NCBI RefSeq assembly: GCF_009914755.1
Contig: NC_060933.1
Source: the human T2T-CHM13v2.0 reference genome, Homo sapiens
Length of the DNA: 64,000 nucleotides
Direction: 5' to 3' (one strand)
Under the pieces are notes generated by a model. The model was not told where the DNA came from. It did not search any database and worked only from the letters and a program-made list of their open reading frames with translations. The translations under genes were made by a program, and so were the position numbers. This document shows positions 41,001-53,763 of this stretch, piece by piece. How positions within the stretch are numbered: position 1 is the stretch's first letter; each line of letters opens with the position of its first letter.

Positions 41001-41164
41001 CTCCAGCCTAAGGGCAGGGTTGAGGGGGTGGGGGCAGCAAAGAAGGGGAAAGCTGAAGGTGCAGGACGAGGGAAACAGGGTCCTAGCGGTTAGTTGTAAA
41101 ACAGACCTTCAGCAGGAGAGTGCAGTGGTTCCAACTGAGGCGGCTCCTGGCTCTGGCTGCCTCA

Positions 41165-41524
<360 letters not shown>

Positions 41525-41568
41525 TTAGGGTTGTGAAAATTATAAGTAAATGTCAAGACACCCTACAA

Positions 41569-41762
41569 CAGGAGTCAGCCCAATCTGGCCCACTGCATGT
41601 CTTGTATGGCCTGTGACCTAAGGAAGTTTTCTGTTTACATTCTTAAATGGTTACGTTTTAAATGGGCGTATAAGTACCTACTTCATACCCTTGATTTTGC
41701 CCCTTAACTCCACAAAGCCTAAAATATTGACTATGTGGCCCTTTACAATAAAGTCTGCCATA
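41569..41762. mobile_element. MER58C-like element
   Basis: caatctggcccactgc...acaaagcctaaaatattgactatgtggccctttac. Confidence 0.65.
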
Positions 41763-42074
41763 GCCAAGCCTGTACACGGTAGGTGCTCAGGACGTGAGGG
41801 CCAACACTGCCAGCTACCATGTCAACGGATATGACTCCCTGGCCAGGCATTACCTGAGGCTTTTTACATTATACTTCCCCAAATAACCATTATCCTAATT
41901 TATAGTTAAAATGCAAGCAAGTAACATGGAACATAGAATTTTAATTCTAGAATTAAAACCCAGGTCACTATGTCCCAAAAACCCATGATCTTTCAGTCTC
42001 TCATGAAAATCACACAGGTAAGCCCTCTATTAATTCGTCCTCCAAGCTAGGTATTGTTATCCCCTGTGTATCTG

Positions 42075-42223
42075 ATGCCATTATAGCTTTTGATAGCTGA
42101 GATAGTGTAAGTAGGACCCAGGCTTTCACTTCTGAAGCCACTTTTGAAGCCAGAAATGGGAGGTTTCCCAGTGCAGCTCTTAACGTTGGCGCATGCAAAG
42201 ATTCTCTCTTGGGCTCAGTGAAA
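42075..42223 (-). repeat. Left arm of a near-perfect inverted repeat (reverse complement of 42843-42979)
   Basis: 1 substitution (42182) plus an extra 12-bp near-tandem unit (cacttctgaagc/cacttttgaagc). Confidence 0.98.
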
Positions 42224-42842
42224 GACAGTCAAGATGAAACTGAATGAATTTGTATCACAGTGCTCATTGTATGACCAAAGCAAAGAGAGGATTGGGGATA
42301 AGAAAAGGGTGTAGCTGATATTGAGGGTGGTACTTAAACCAATTTACTGTCCCTCTTTTTGCTTTTATTCCCCCAATATTCTCTAGTAAATGTTACTTTG
42401 GTAATAAGAGAAAATACTTATTTTTATAAAGAAAGAAAGCAGAAATAATCAGCCTTACCCAGAGTAGCTACATTGTACTTTTTAAAGACAGCACTATTTT
42501 GACAGCCAAAAAAGACACTTAGGAATACAGCATTACAAATTCAAGATCATGTCTATGAACTTGGCTTGAAAAAAAAACCCTCCGCTAAAATACAACCTAC
42601 CATCTGTACAATGTATTCAAAAATGATTAGCATAGTATGAAAAAATAATGCTGGAACAGCAGATTTTTTTTTTTCCATTTTTTAAGAACGCTTCCTGCTC
42701 GGTATTATTTTCAGATTCCTCCATGAGGTATAAGCAAAGGCAAAATGGAATCTCAGGTCAAGAAGATGGAAACAGAAAGTAAACAGAGACAAAAAAGGAA
42801 CATTAAATACTCTTTACTGAAGATGTGACACTGCTCTAGAAA

Positions 42843-42979
42843 TTTCACTGAGCCCAAGAGAGAATCTTTGCATGCGCCAACGTCAAGAGCTGCACTGGGA
42901 AACCTCCCATTTCTGGCTTCAAAAGTGAAAGCCTGGGTCCTACTTACACTATCTCAGCTATCAAAAGCTATAATGGCAT
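42843..42979 (+). repeat. Right arm (137 bp) of the inverted repeat; inferred donor
   Basis: Manual reverse-complement alignment to 42075-42223. Confidence 0.98.
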
Positions 42980-44134
42980 TTCTCTGACAGCAGGACTCTC
43001 ACACTCTCATGTCACTAAAAGTGAATCAGCAGAGCTTGCAGATGCATGGAGCCCAGAAAGGCACCTCTCAGAAGAGGGTGTGGAGAGCGCCGGGGCAGCG
43101 TGGAGCACGATGATGGCCACAGACAGCAGTATCTTGCCCTGACTTTCTCACTAACCAGGGTGCCTTTTTGCAGAATCTCTCGACTCCTGGAATCCTTACT
43201 AAAAATAAGGGAGTTAGGCTGAGAAGCCCTGTCTAAAAGCCATTCTATGCTTCTGTGATCTTAAATCATGAGGTCATTTTCACGTTTGTGTAAATACATC
43301 CTAACAAAGTGAAACCCCTACAGTATGTTTTGGGAAATTGTATCCAACAATAAATGTTCAGAATTTTTCCCCAAATGAACAAAAAATTGAGTATCAAATT
43401 TATACCTATTAGAGAATATTTACCACATTGGCAGAGTGCCTCAAAGGACTTAGGAATGTTCTATTTGCATCTGAAAGGCAGGTTGCATGAGTTTTGCTCC
43501 TATCTCGTCAGTCAGCACTAGAGGATGCCTGGGGATGGGCTTCTGCTTGTAAGAAAACTTGTCCACACAAGAGGTGATCAAGAGAGTGACCTCCAGCTGC
43601 CTACCGCATACAGATGCTTGGTGCCTGACACAGAACTTCATCTCCAGGGCCTGAAGAGCTGAATCAAGCCAGGAGACAATCCCTGGAGAATTTAAATAAA
43701 AAAAAAAAGGTGAGGTATGAGCTACTGCCAGCACTGCTTTCCTTACTTCCTTCTCATACTCTGCCCCTCTACTCTCAGGGTACACAAGCCCTCAAACTTG
43801 TTTTCCCTCCAACAGGGCCCAGGTGGTACCTTCCAAGACAGAGGAAACCTGTGGAAACCCTAGCATAATAGGAGGCTTTGTTCATGATCATTGCCGATCA
43901 CCTCTACACTATCTGCAATTTTAGAAAACGCCTTAATTGGCTGCTGGCAAGGTCAAGGCTCTAAGGCTGGCAAACAAAGTGCTCGTTTAATAAGTTGGCT
44001 TTCTTCGCTCTACAGAGAAAAGACAGATAAATTCACACGTGGGACAGCATCCTTGCCAAGAGGTATCTAAGGGTTAGATGTGCTGGACATGTAAACACTA
44101 GCATGTTTTTCCATAGAGTGCTAAATAAACTAGC

Positions 44135-44442
44135 ACAGAGGTCAGCAAACTTTCTCTGTAAAGGACCAGATGATAAATATTTTAGGTTTTGTGGGCCATA
44201 TGGTCTCTGTCACAACTACTCCACTCTGCTGTTCTAGGGCAAAAGCAGTTATAGAAAATACATAAATGAATGAGCATGGCTGTGTTCCCATAAAAGTATT
44301 TATGGACACTGAAATTTGAATTTCATGTAATTTTTGCAGGTCAAAAAATACTCTTGATTTTTCTCAACCATTTAAAAACATAAAGATAATTCTTAGCTCG
44401 AAGGCCATATAAAAACAGGAGTCTGTAGTTTGATGACTCCTG
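44135..44442. mobile_element. MER58B hAT-Charlie
   Basis: gaggtcagcaaactttctctgtaaaggaccaga...atgagcatggctgtgttcccataaaa...gtagtttgatgactcctg. Confidence 0.85.
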
Positions 44443-44845
44443 ACTGAGAGGATGAGACAACTCATATTCTGCATCTTACCACAGAAAATGCAAAGTGCAG
44501 AGTCTTTCTTCACAAGCTCGGTTATACTCAATTTATCCCTTTCCCTTCCCAAATCCAATCCTCCAAAATATTCCTCCAATGGGGTCCACTGTCTCCATTT
44601 CCTTTGTCTCTGCTCCCATCATCTCTCCCATGGCCTCCACCTCATCTGGACAATAATCTTACCTTCAAAGCAGTCACCACCCACCAGAGTGAAGGGCTTT
44701 GAAGAGAAATCATCACTCCTTAAACTCCTTCAATAGTCAACAGCCCACCCCCCAAATATAATCAGAATCAACTCTATAATCTGTGCCAAGCCTTGCAAGG
44801 CCCTGCCTCTCTAACTTTGTAATCCTCTCCTTGTCTTTGACTCTA

Positions 44846-45852
44846 TGTGATGGTTCACTGTATGTGTCAACTTGACTGCCTTAAGAGATGCCCAGATATT
44901 TGGTAAAACATTATTCTGAATGTGTCTATGAGGGTGTTTCTGGATGAGACTAACATTTGAATCAGCAGACTGAGTAAAGCAGATTGCCCTCTGTGTTAGT
45001 CAGGGCTTTCCAGAGAAAGAGAACCAGTAAGATGGAGATTATACATATAAAATATGTGTATGTCTGTAATGAGATAAGGAATAGGCTCACATGATTACAG
45101 AGGCTAACAAGTCCCACAAGTGGTGCAAATGACAATCTGAAGGCCTGAAACCCAGGGGTGCTAATGCTGTAAGTCCCAGTACAAGGAAAGAAGACTAATG
45201 TCTCCACTCAAGCAGTCAGATTAATGTTCTTGTGCCATTTTATTCCAGTCAGGCCATCAGTGGGTTGGATGATACCCACCCTACAATGGGGAGGGTAATT
45301 TGCTCTCAGTCCAATTACAATGACAATCTCTTCCAGAAACAGCCTCACAGATACACCCAGAAATAATGTTTAACTAGGTATCTGGGCATCTCTTACATTA
45401 GCCCAACTGACACATAAAACTAACCAATACACACTCCCTAATGTGGATGAGCCCATCAGCTGAAGCCCTGAATAGAACACAAAGGTTGGCCCTCTAGTCA
45501 ACAGGAGAAAACTCCTTCTGCCTGACTCCGCCTGCCTGACTGCCTTTGAACTACGACATTGACTTTTTCCTCCCTTCAGACATGAACATTGGCTCCTTCT
45601 GGGTCTCAAGCTCTCATGCTTCTCAAGCCTTTGGACTCATATTATTAATACACCATTGGCTGTCCGGGGTCTGGAGCTTGCAGACTCACCTTGCAGATCT
45701 TGAGATTTGCCCACCTCCATAATCGTGTGAACCAATTCCTTATAATAAAGTCCTTTATACATAAAAACACAAAAATGTTTTATATATATGGTATATATCT
45801 AGATAGATATGTATCTCCTATTGGTTCTATTTCTCTGTGTAACCCTAACACA
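44846..45852 (+). mobile_element. MLT2 LTR (outer), itself inside an L2 remnant
   Basis: tgtgatggtt...tgtgtcaacttgact...gagtaaagcagattgccctc | ...cctattggttctatttctctg...aaccctaacaca. Confidence 0.88.
44992..45431 (-). mobile_element. MLT2 LTR (inner, opposite orientation)
   Basis: tgtgttagtcagggctttccagagaaa...aactgacacataaaactaaccaataca; TSD ccctc (44987) / cactc (45432). Confidence 0.88.
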
Positions 45853-45859
45853 ACCATGA

Positions 45860-46240
45860 ACTGTCACATCATTTTTCTCAAACTTCTTCAAACACATTAG
45901 GGCCTTTGTATGTTTCCTTTTTCACAAATGTTTATTACTATGTTGTTACCTTCTCATTCAAGTCTCAATTTCAATATCTCTTGCCCTAATATTCTTTGAA
46001 AAATGGCTTCCTCTCACCCTTCACCAATGATTCTCTACCTCAGCCTCTTATTTTTGTTCCCTTCAAAACACTTATCAAATCTATAATTATTTTTATTACT
46101 TACTCATGCCTGTCTTCCCTGAATGGAAGGTAACCTTCATGAGGGTAGGCACCACATCTGTGTTATTCACTGTATCCTGGAGCCCTAGGGCAGAGCCTGT
46201 CACAGCAACTTTTAATCAATGTTGCAGAATAAAGAATAGC
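45860..46240 (+). mobile_element. L2 3' fragment
   Basis: gaaggtaaccttcatgagggtagg...tgttattcactgtatcc...atcaatgttgcagaataaagaat. Confidence 0.6.
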
Positions 46241-48522
46241 CCAGAGTTTACAGTCCCTGTCCTCTTCTTTGGAACTTCCATCCACTTTATCAGATAATGA
46301 CCTTTGCATGAACAAGATGATGCTGGTGATGATAAAGACCCCCCTGTACCCTCCCCCAGTAAAGTGATGCTTGCTCCCCTATACCACTGTGAAGTCCTCT
46401 GCCATCTTTATGCTATTCTTACTCTCTGGACTCATCACTGAAATGAGGACTTACTCTCACAGGGGCTGTGCCTTACTACTTAACTGGGTATTCACACTGG
46501 TGATTCAGGTTAACAGTTAAGTCACCACCTCATGTGACGCACAGCAGGGACTTTTCCCCACCACCAACACCAGGCTACATGCAGCTTGAAGCTCTGGGTA
46601 CTATGATAAGTCTCATGGGTTTGCTCAATGAACTGACTTATCCATTCCAGTTCCTCTGCGGCACCTAAATCAGAATAACCCTGGGTAACAATGGTGGATC
46701 AGTGGTGGGGATAAACATTAATGGGTACAACCTTTAACAAGAGTCTATGCTTAGAAATGGAGGATTTGAGGGCTAATCGGCTTCACCTTTCCCTAATAAA
46801 AATTATTTTTGTACTATTATTCATAGCTACCTTTGGCTGGTTCCACCCAATCAGTGCTTGCTATCTGTTCCTCACACTGGACCCATGAGGAGAGCTCTTA
46901 TTTCCACATAGCACGGAAAGCAAAGTGAAAGCAGGACAGGAATTCACTGATTGGTCTGTGGTCAGTTCGTGAAGCTGATGAGCTTCTCACTGCTGTTGTT
47001 CCACTGGTGCTCTGATTCTCTCCTGCTTCACAAAAGGCAACAGGAGGAACATCTTTAACTCAGGTAGAACAATCTGATCTTGGTGCATGCCACCACCTAA
47101 TTGAAGATAAAATAACCTGTCAGCACTAGTTACGTGAATTTGTCTCTATATACCTCAAAGTCCCCAAATGAGGCCAATCACAGTTATCTGAAACCTGCCA
47201 GCAAGCCAGGGAACTGGGTCCTGGGAAATCTTTCTTGACTATATCTGCTGTATCACAGGAAACTATGTAGAACCTTAAAAGATCTTCAGACTGTATATGC
47301 CTGGGATGATACTCTGCTCACCCAGTTCCTGACTGCATAAAATGTGACTGGAGTGTGAACTATGTTCATTTCCTGTACAACAGTTTTTCTTACCAAGTAA
47401 AAAGTCCCCTCATACCTGCTCTACTGAAAAAGGCTTAATCCTTTTCACTTCGCCAATGTGAATTTCATGCTGTAATGGGCCAAGTTTTGGAAAAACAAAG
47501 CAGTTGTTTTATACCTGCCCAACTTTCTGTTCACACAGGTGAACAGGACTATCAGTGGTGAAATCTCGCCAAGATCTCTCGTAAAAGATCCTTGATTTAA
47601 CAATGACTGACATCTGCGCACTTTCCCGTTGACTATAATTCTCTTCACAAGGCCACACCTTGCGGAACAAACTTTAAAAGAGCAACCAGTGCTAAACTGC
47701 AGGCATTCTTCTTTCCTAGCTCCAGACATCCCTATCTAGGCTGTTTATTTTTCAGCTTTCTAATATAATGTTGGGTTGATATGTCTGTCATATGACAGCA
47801 AGAAAACCAATTACATGAGTCACGCTCTAAAGTGATCAAATGCTGGCCAGTGAAGCCACAGCTGCTTTTGATTCATTAGAAATACATTTTCCAGCCCTGC
47901 ATTTTTACCAGGCAATGTAGTTCAGCTGGTATTGCAGTTTTTATATAATACTTCTTTATTTGATTCAAAGTACATATTTGTAAGATATTGCTAAAAAGTC
48001 ACAAAGGGAAGGAGGGCATTAATTGTGCATCTCCTAAAGCTTTATTTCCACAATATGTGGTAAGTGCTAGAAATGAAGAAATGTCTCAATTTGCCTGAAA
48101 ACCTCCAACATGGCTTTCTAATAAGTAAGACTACAGGGTAAATGCATTCCTCAGCATTTGACTAGTGAAGACTCCCACAGCTGCTAAGATTAGGTTTCTA
48201 GCAGGACTTCCCACTCTCTCCTCAATTGCATGAGTGAAAAATACAATGGTCTCAGCTTGATTCCAACTATACTTTATTTCCTGAACTGACACTTTGGTTT
48301 TCTTTAGGATAGAGCTGTTTAGAGTCAATTGTAGCAATAAAAAATAATGACAACGTCATGAATATTCTTACTGAAAAGCTGCTGCACCTTGTTTAGGCAC
48401 TGAATATACTGTCAGTCTGTTCAAAAATAGAGGATCACAACAGCTGACTGATGTAGCAAGAAATGTCTATCTTAACAATCAGAAAAGGTGGTCATTTTCC
48501 AAAGTGAATTCATCATGTGGAT

Positions 48523-48525
<3 letters not shown>

Positions 48526-48555
<30 letters not shown>
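48526..48555. repeat. A30 mononucleotide run with no recognisable attached retroelement
   Basis: Direct reading. Confidence 0.95.
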
Positions 48556-48557
<2 letters not shown>

Positions 48558-49978
48558 CTATGACCAAATAAGTACACGGTGTAGAGTTAAATAAAAGTTA
48601 AATGGGTTACTTTTCCACATTTCTGAGCTTTTAATACTCTGACATGTATTATGAATTTAAAATAATTTCTTATTGAATTTTTCTTATAAAGTGCAACAGT
48701 TTGTAGGGCTAGTCTTCCACAGAGCTTTTTGAATCTTCGGAATAGGCCACTTAAAAGTGTCTGAAATATTTTACTGTCTTTCCTACCTCTCTCTGACACT
48801 CATACACACACTATTCCACCTATCATATGGATATTTTATATAATGCCATGTATTTTATATGCTTCTATGTATATTACAACATAGTAAAGCACAATGAGCA
48901 TGTTTCACAATGCTTTTTGGCATAATTACTATGTTTCCTACCTGGATGATATTTCAGGCAATTCTGGTAAGGGCCTTTTTCTTCAAAACACAAGGTGATT
49001 TAACCAAAGCATGAGTGAACAAAAAGAGGGGATACACAGAAGTGTGATTGCCACATCTGTTAGCAGTGCATTTGGTAAGCCTTCCCCTGTCACTATATAT
49101 ATTCAGAAATAATGACAAAAAAATGTAGTTCCTCTGGGCAAATGAAACGGAGGTGCAAATTAGAATCACACCTCCAGTCTCATTTTGGTATCACTTCTTG
49201 TCTGGATAAACAACACTTACTCTCACTCTCCTACTCATGGCAAGTAGCCACTGTTAACACTTGCATTAGGGATCAGTCACAACAAATTACAGTTAAGTTT
49301 CACACCACACTGCAGGAGGCAGCCTGGGCCCAGGAGAGCATAAGAGCAAAGCTGGGCCGCAGGACCAATTTTGAGAAAACTAGCGTTGGGGCTGAAAAGG
49401 CCCCTGTGCCTCAGCCACATGAAGTGGTTAAAATTCTAATACTCTAAGTGGTATCTTAATATTTCTGTGTGTAGTGATTCATTATTCTCTGTGGAGAGTA
49501 ATAGTAGGTAGCTGCTTGCAAAAAGGGTGATTCTGATCACCAATCACTTTCAAGAACACAAGAGATCAGTGGTACTCAACTGTGAAAGCTTCATTATAAT
49601 GGGAAACTGCCCGTGTGGATTAAAAACACAAACAGATTTCACTTCAAGATGATTGTGTGAGATGCTAAATTTCCATGATGTGAAAAGTATCTACAGACTA
49701 TGAGCCACATAAAAGTATCCATGGGGAAGATGAGAAAAATCAGGACTAGAGACCCAGTTCATACATGAATTTTCCCTACCTACTTGTGGGGCAGAAGATA
49801 AAAGGAGCTTTGTAAGCTGTAAGTTGGCTAGTTTATTGTTTATCCAAGTAGGGCAAAGTCCACTTTTTTGAGTGAAATACAAAGGTGAAATCTGAATAAG
49901 AGTTTATAGAATGCATGCAATTAATCTCCACTAAATAACAAGAAGTAAAATAAAATCATAAACCTTTAAGAAACAGGG

Positions 49979-50154
49979 AGGGGCATGGTGGCTCGTGCCT
50001 GTAATCCCAGTGCTTTGGGAAGCCGAGGTAGGAGGATTGCTTGAGCACCCAGGAGTTCAAGGCTGCAATGAGCTATGATCATGCCACTGCAACCCAGCAC
50101 CCCAGCTTGGATGACAGAGCAAGACCTCGTCTTTTTTTTTTTTTTTTTTTTTTT
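49979..50154 (+). mobile_element. Alu monomer (FRAM or AluJ left/right hybrid) followed by T23
   Basis: gggcatggtggctcgtgcctgtaatcccag...ggagttcaaggctgcaatgagctatgatc...gagcaagacctcgtc then T at 50132-50154. Confidence 0.9.
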
Positions 50155-50669
50155 AAAGATTCAGCATAAATGTGAGAAATAAGTAGAGCTAAACAGTCTT
50201 TAAGTGAAGCAAATACACATGAATTCATTCACTATCAGACTTGCTCCTTTTGGAGGCATATTACTTACTAGGGCACCTCTACGAAGTTTTCTGAGGGATC
50301 CTGACATCTCAAGATGAGGGAGAAATCAGGGTGCTTTGTGATACTGAGCCAGGTGGTCTTCTGAGATCGGGGAACAGGATTTGTTTGATAATTTAGTAAA
50401 TTAAGGTGGGAGGTATTTTTTAATGTCCTTCAACACCAAGTAAAACATGATTGGGTTTATGATGATTGTAGTTCTCTTTTCCATAAACTTCTTGTTGATA
50501 TGATTTAGGTATCTGCCAGCACCTCCAGAAGTAGAGAAAAATCATTAGAATGTATCATTTCCATGTCCCCTCATCCATACACTCTGGGACATCCATTAGT
50601 ATAGGTGTCCTTTGTGATTTATGAGAAATTCTTATGGGAAGGGCTCCTTGTAACCCAATATCCACACAT

Positions 50670-50890
50670 TGCTATTATAATAACTCTCAATAATGGCATC
50701 TGTCATGTGCCAAACATGACACTAAGTACTGGATATGCATCATTATCTACCCCTTCACAACAAATTTCTAAGGTAGGTTTTATCATGTTCATTTTACAAA
50801 TGAGCAAGTTGAGGCTCAAAGATGTAAATTAAGTTGTTCCAGGTAACAGTGCCAAGAAGTAAACAGGACAGATTTAATCCTGGGTGGTTT
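50670..50890 (-). mobile_element. MIR
   Basis: ccttcacaacaaatttctaaggtagg...cattttacaaatgagcaagttgaggctca. Confidence 0.75.
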
Positions 50891-53544
50891 AATTCTAATA
50901 AACATCTGTGCATGCTTTTATTGAGAAACTACTAGGTATAATGAGAAAAACAGGCACAAATAATCAAGACATATGTGGTCAACGTGTCAGAAGTGTGACC
51001 CACTAACCATGATACAGGCACTACAACAGATTTTAGACCAACAGGGAAGGATTCAGAAGGTGGTATTTGAAGTAAAGCTTGGCGGAGAGAAAAAGGTTCC
51101 CTTTTCTCATTAAAATCCTACTCTCCCTTCCAGATTCATCAGGGATTCCTAAGTGCAAAAAGGACATTTATGATGAAGAAAAAAATGTAACGGGGTGGAA
51201 AATGAAGCTCACATTTATGACACGCAAACTGCCTAGGTTGGCTGAGGTTAAGCATGTGAAAGGAACCGTGTAAGGTAAAACTAGAAAGACGAGATTGAGC
51301 TAGTTTTGCAAGCAAGAATTCTTTGGAATTGTATTAAACCTTTTCGACATCACTGACAAACTCCATCAACATCTATACTTGCATTTTCTTGCAAGTCTCT
51401 TCATTCCAGTTCCATAGGCATTTTCCTTTCCTCTTACTTGGCTTACTCCAAAGTCACTTAATATCCTAGTCCTCTTCCATCTCTCGAGTTTTCCTTCAAA
51501 TACAGCTCAAACTAAGTCACTACTCCTCATCTGCAAACCTGCCCTGACATTGAACATTCATGCACCTCTAACTTGGTCCCACGCCTTCTCTACCAAGTTC
51601 TGGCTCCTATTCATATCTGTGAGCCTTGCCTCTCACTATTCCCTGCCTTGTCCCTAACTCTAGTTAAAAGAACTACTGGAAAGTTCTTAACTCTCATATA
51701 TTCTTTCTTACCTCTGAGCCTTTACACAGGACCACCTCTGCACATGGCATGCCTCTCCTTGCTCTTCACATGTGCCCAGCTAATTCCCCCTTATCTCTGA
51801 GTATCAGTTGATACGTTACGTCTGTCAGGAAGATATGTCTTGTCTCTCCTCACATCTAAGGTGAGCTCCTTTGCTTTCTACACACCCTGATCTACTCATA
51901 CTCACCATTCAGTATTGCAAATGCTTTTCTACTTGTCTTTCTCACTTATTATCTTAAGCAGCTACTGAGCTACTGAGCGTCATTAAATCCTGCAATCTCA
52001 CACATGAAAAAATGAACTATTTTCCATAACAGGCCAATACTACTGAATTCACTCATATATTACTCATTTTTCACAACTCTTCTTCAAATTCTGAAGAAAA
52101 ATACTAAAGATGAAAACTGTATCTTCACATAATTTTTTCCCCTCTCTTCCATTTATTTCCTCTTCTTAGAGATACCTACACCTTAGATATTGGCCCCTTC
52201 GAGGGCTTAATAAACATCCATCAGTATGAGAGTGCAATAAGTGAGTCAACTTAATATACAAATAAGTACGACGAGCGACTGCTCCATGGACCATTTTCAT
52301 GAGACTATTACATAAATTTCATTAACCTCAGTTGGTACCGAGAAGCACACAGTCCACTGGACTAATATGGGAGAAAATAAGTCAGTATTCATCCCTCTAT
52401 GTCACTGCATTTCCTCACATTCTCTGTTATTCATTCAGTCTTCTCTGTTGTTTGAGACTAAATTCTCCCAGTGAAGACAAGCTCTCGAGTGTGTTTGATG
52501 CTTCCACATATCTCCAACAATGAGAGGTTTAAGTGGGGACGCAACTAGTCACCCAGTTGTTGACTCATCCAATCAAAGAAAATTAACTGATAAAACATTT
52601 ATAATGTTAATATTGCCCTCCAATCACCTGGTAAAGAGGTTAGTGCCTCTCCCTGCCACATATTCCTGAACACAAATCCAAAGGCAAATACTAGACATAT
52701 CAAACAAGGCATGCGCCTCTTTAAACTGGGCAGATAAAAGCAGAACTTTCAGGTGGGCACAATTAGCACCCTCCCAAGGGAGAATAGAGAGAGGGGAAAT
52801 GATGCAAAATAATGCAGAAACACTTAACTGGTATTCACATTCTAGCTTGCAAACAATTTCTAATTCACTTGCCTAGACAGTTAACCATCAGTCTGGATGT
52901 AAAGAATTCAAACTCAACCAAGAAACAGGAAGCATAAGTTCTGTCACAAGTGTGTTTATTTTGGTGGCTCACATCTGCAGCTTTTTCCCCCTCAATGTAT
53001 TTTTTTCAGAGCCAAACGAGGAAGGGAACAAAGTTACTGGGCCTAAATCCATCACTGTGATTGTGATATGCTGAACCACCCACAGCATCATGAGAAGGAA
53101 GCTATTAGTTTCATGCTGAAGAACTCCAACCCACATAGGGGCAGAATCTAGAAGTAAAGGAACAGTCTATTCAGCATGATTAACTTTATTCAGTACACCC
53201 AACAATGTCTAAGAACTGATCTAGTCACACTCGATTTAAAAGCAGCATTATCTAAGGGGATGTGTTCCGATGGATGTTCCAAGGTACCTGGTGTTCCACT
53301 GGGAGTCCAGCATCAGCATGAGATCTTTTGGTGTCATCTTGCGTTGATAACGTTACTGCTAAATCACTACAACTGCGAATAGAGACTGAACACTGTGTAG
53401 GTGCAGGGCTAAACTATCTTAAACCAAACTTACAAAACCAAAGGGTGCAGACTTCACAACAGCAGCCTTGTCAACTGCATCGCATGAATCCAAATCCTTG
53501 GATGGGAAAATCTCCTATACAGATTGAGTTCTTGTAATCCAGAG

Positions 53545-53763
53545 AAAGGGTCAGCAAACTACGGCCTGCAGGCCAATTCCTGCCAGCCACTTTTTTTGTA
53601 AATAAAGTTTTACTGGAACACAGCCACAATAACTCATTTAAATATTATCTACTGCTGCTTTTGTGCTACAGTGGAAGAGCTGGGTAGTTGTATAGAGATC
53701 ATATGGTCCGCAAAGCTTAAAATATTACCTGGCTCTTTACAGAAAAATTTTGCCAATCCCTGG
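53545..53763. mobile_element. MER58A
   Basis: agggtcagcaaactacggcctgcaggcc...gtaaataaagttttactggaacacagcc...tttgccaatccctg. Confidence 0.88.

Noticed and set aside
41012-41034. G-quadruplex motif (also the C-tract at 32584-32607 and the L1 3'UTR G-tract)
   Set aside because: Common motifs with no supporting context
47445-47729. 94-aa minus-strand ORF starting MSGARKEE
   Set aside because: No recognisable homology and only a weak GTATAA donor; length is compatible with chance
48526-48555. A30 as a solo poly(A) retro-insertion
   Set aside because: No flanking target-site duplication visible; slippage expansion is sufficient
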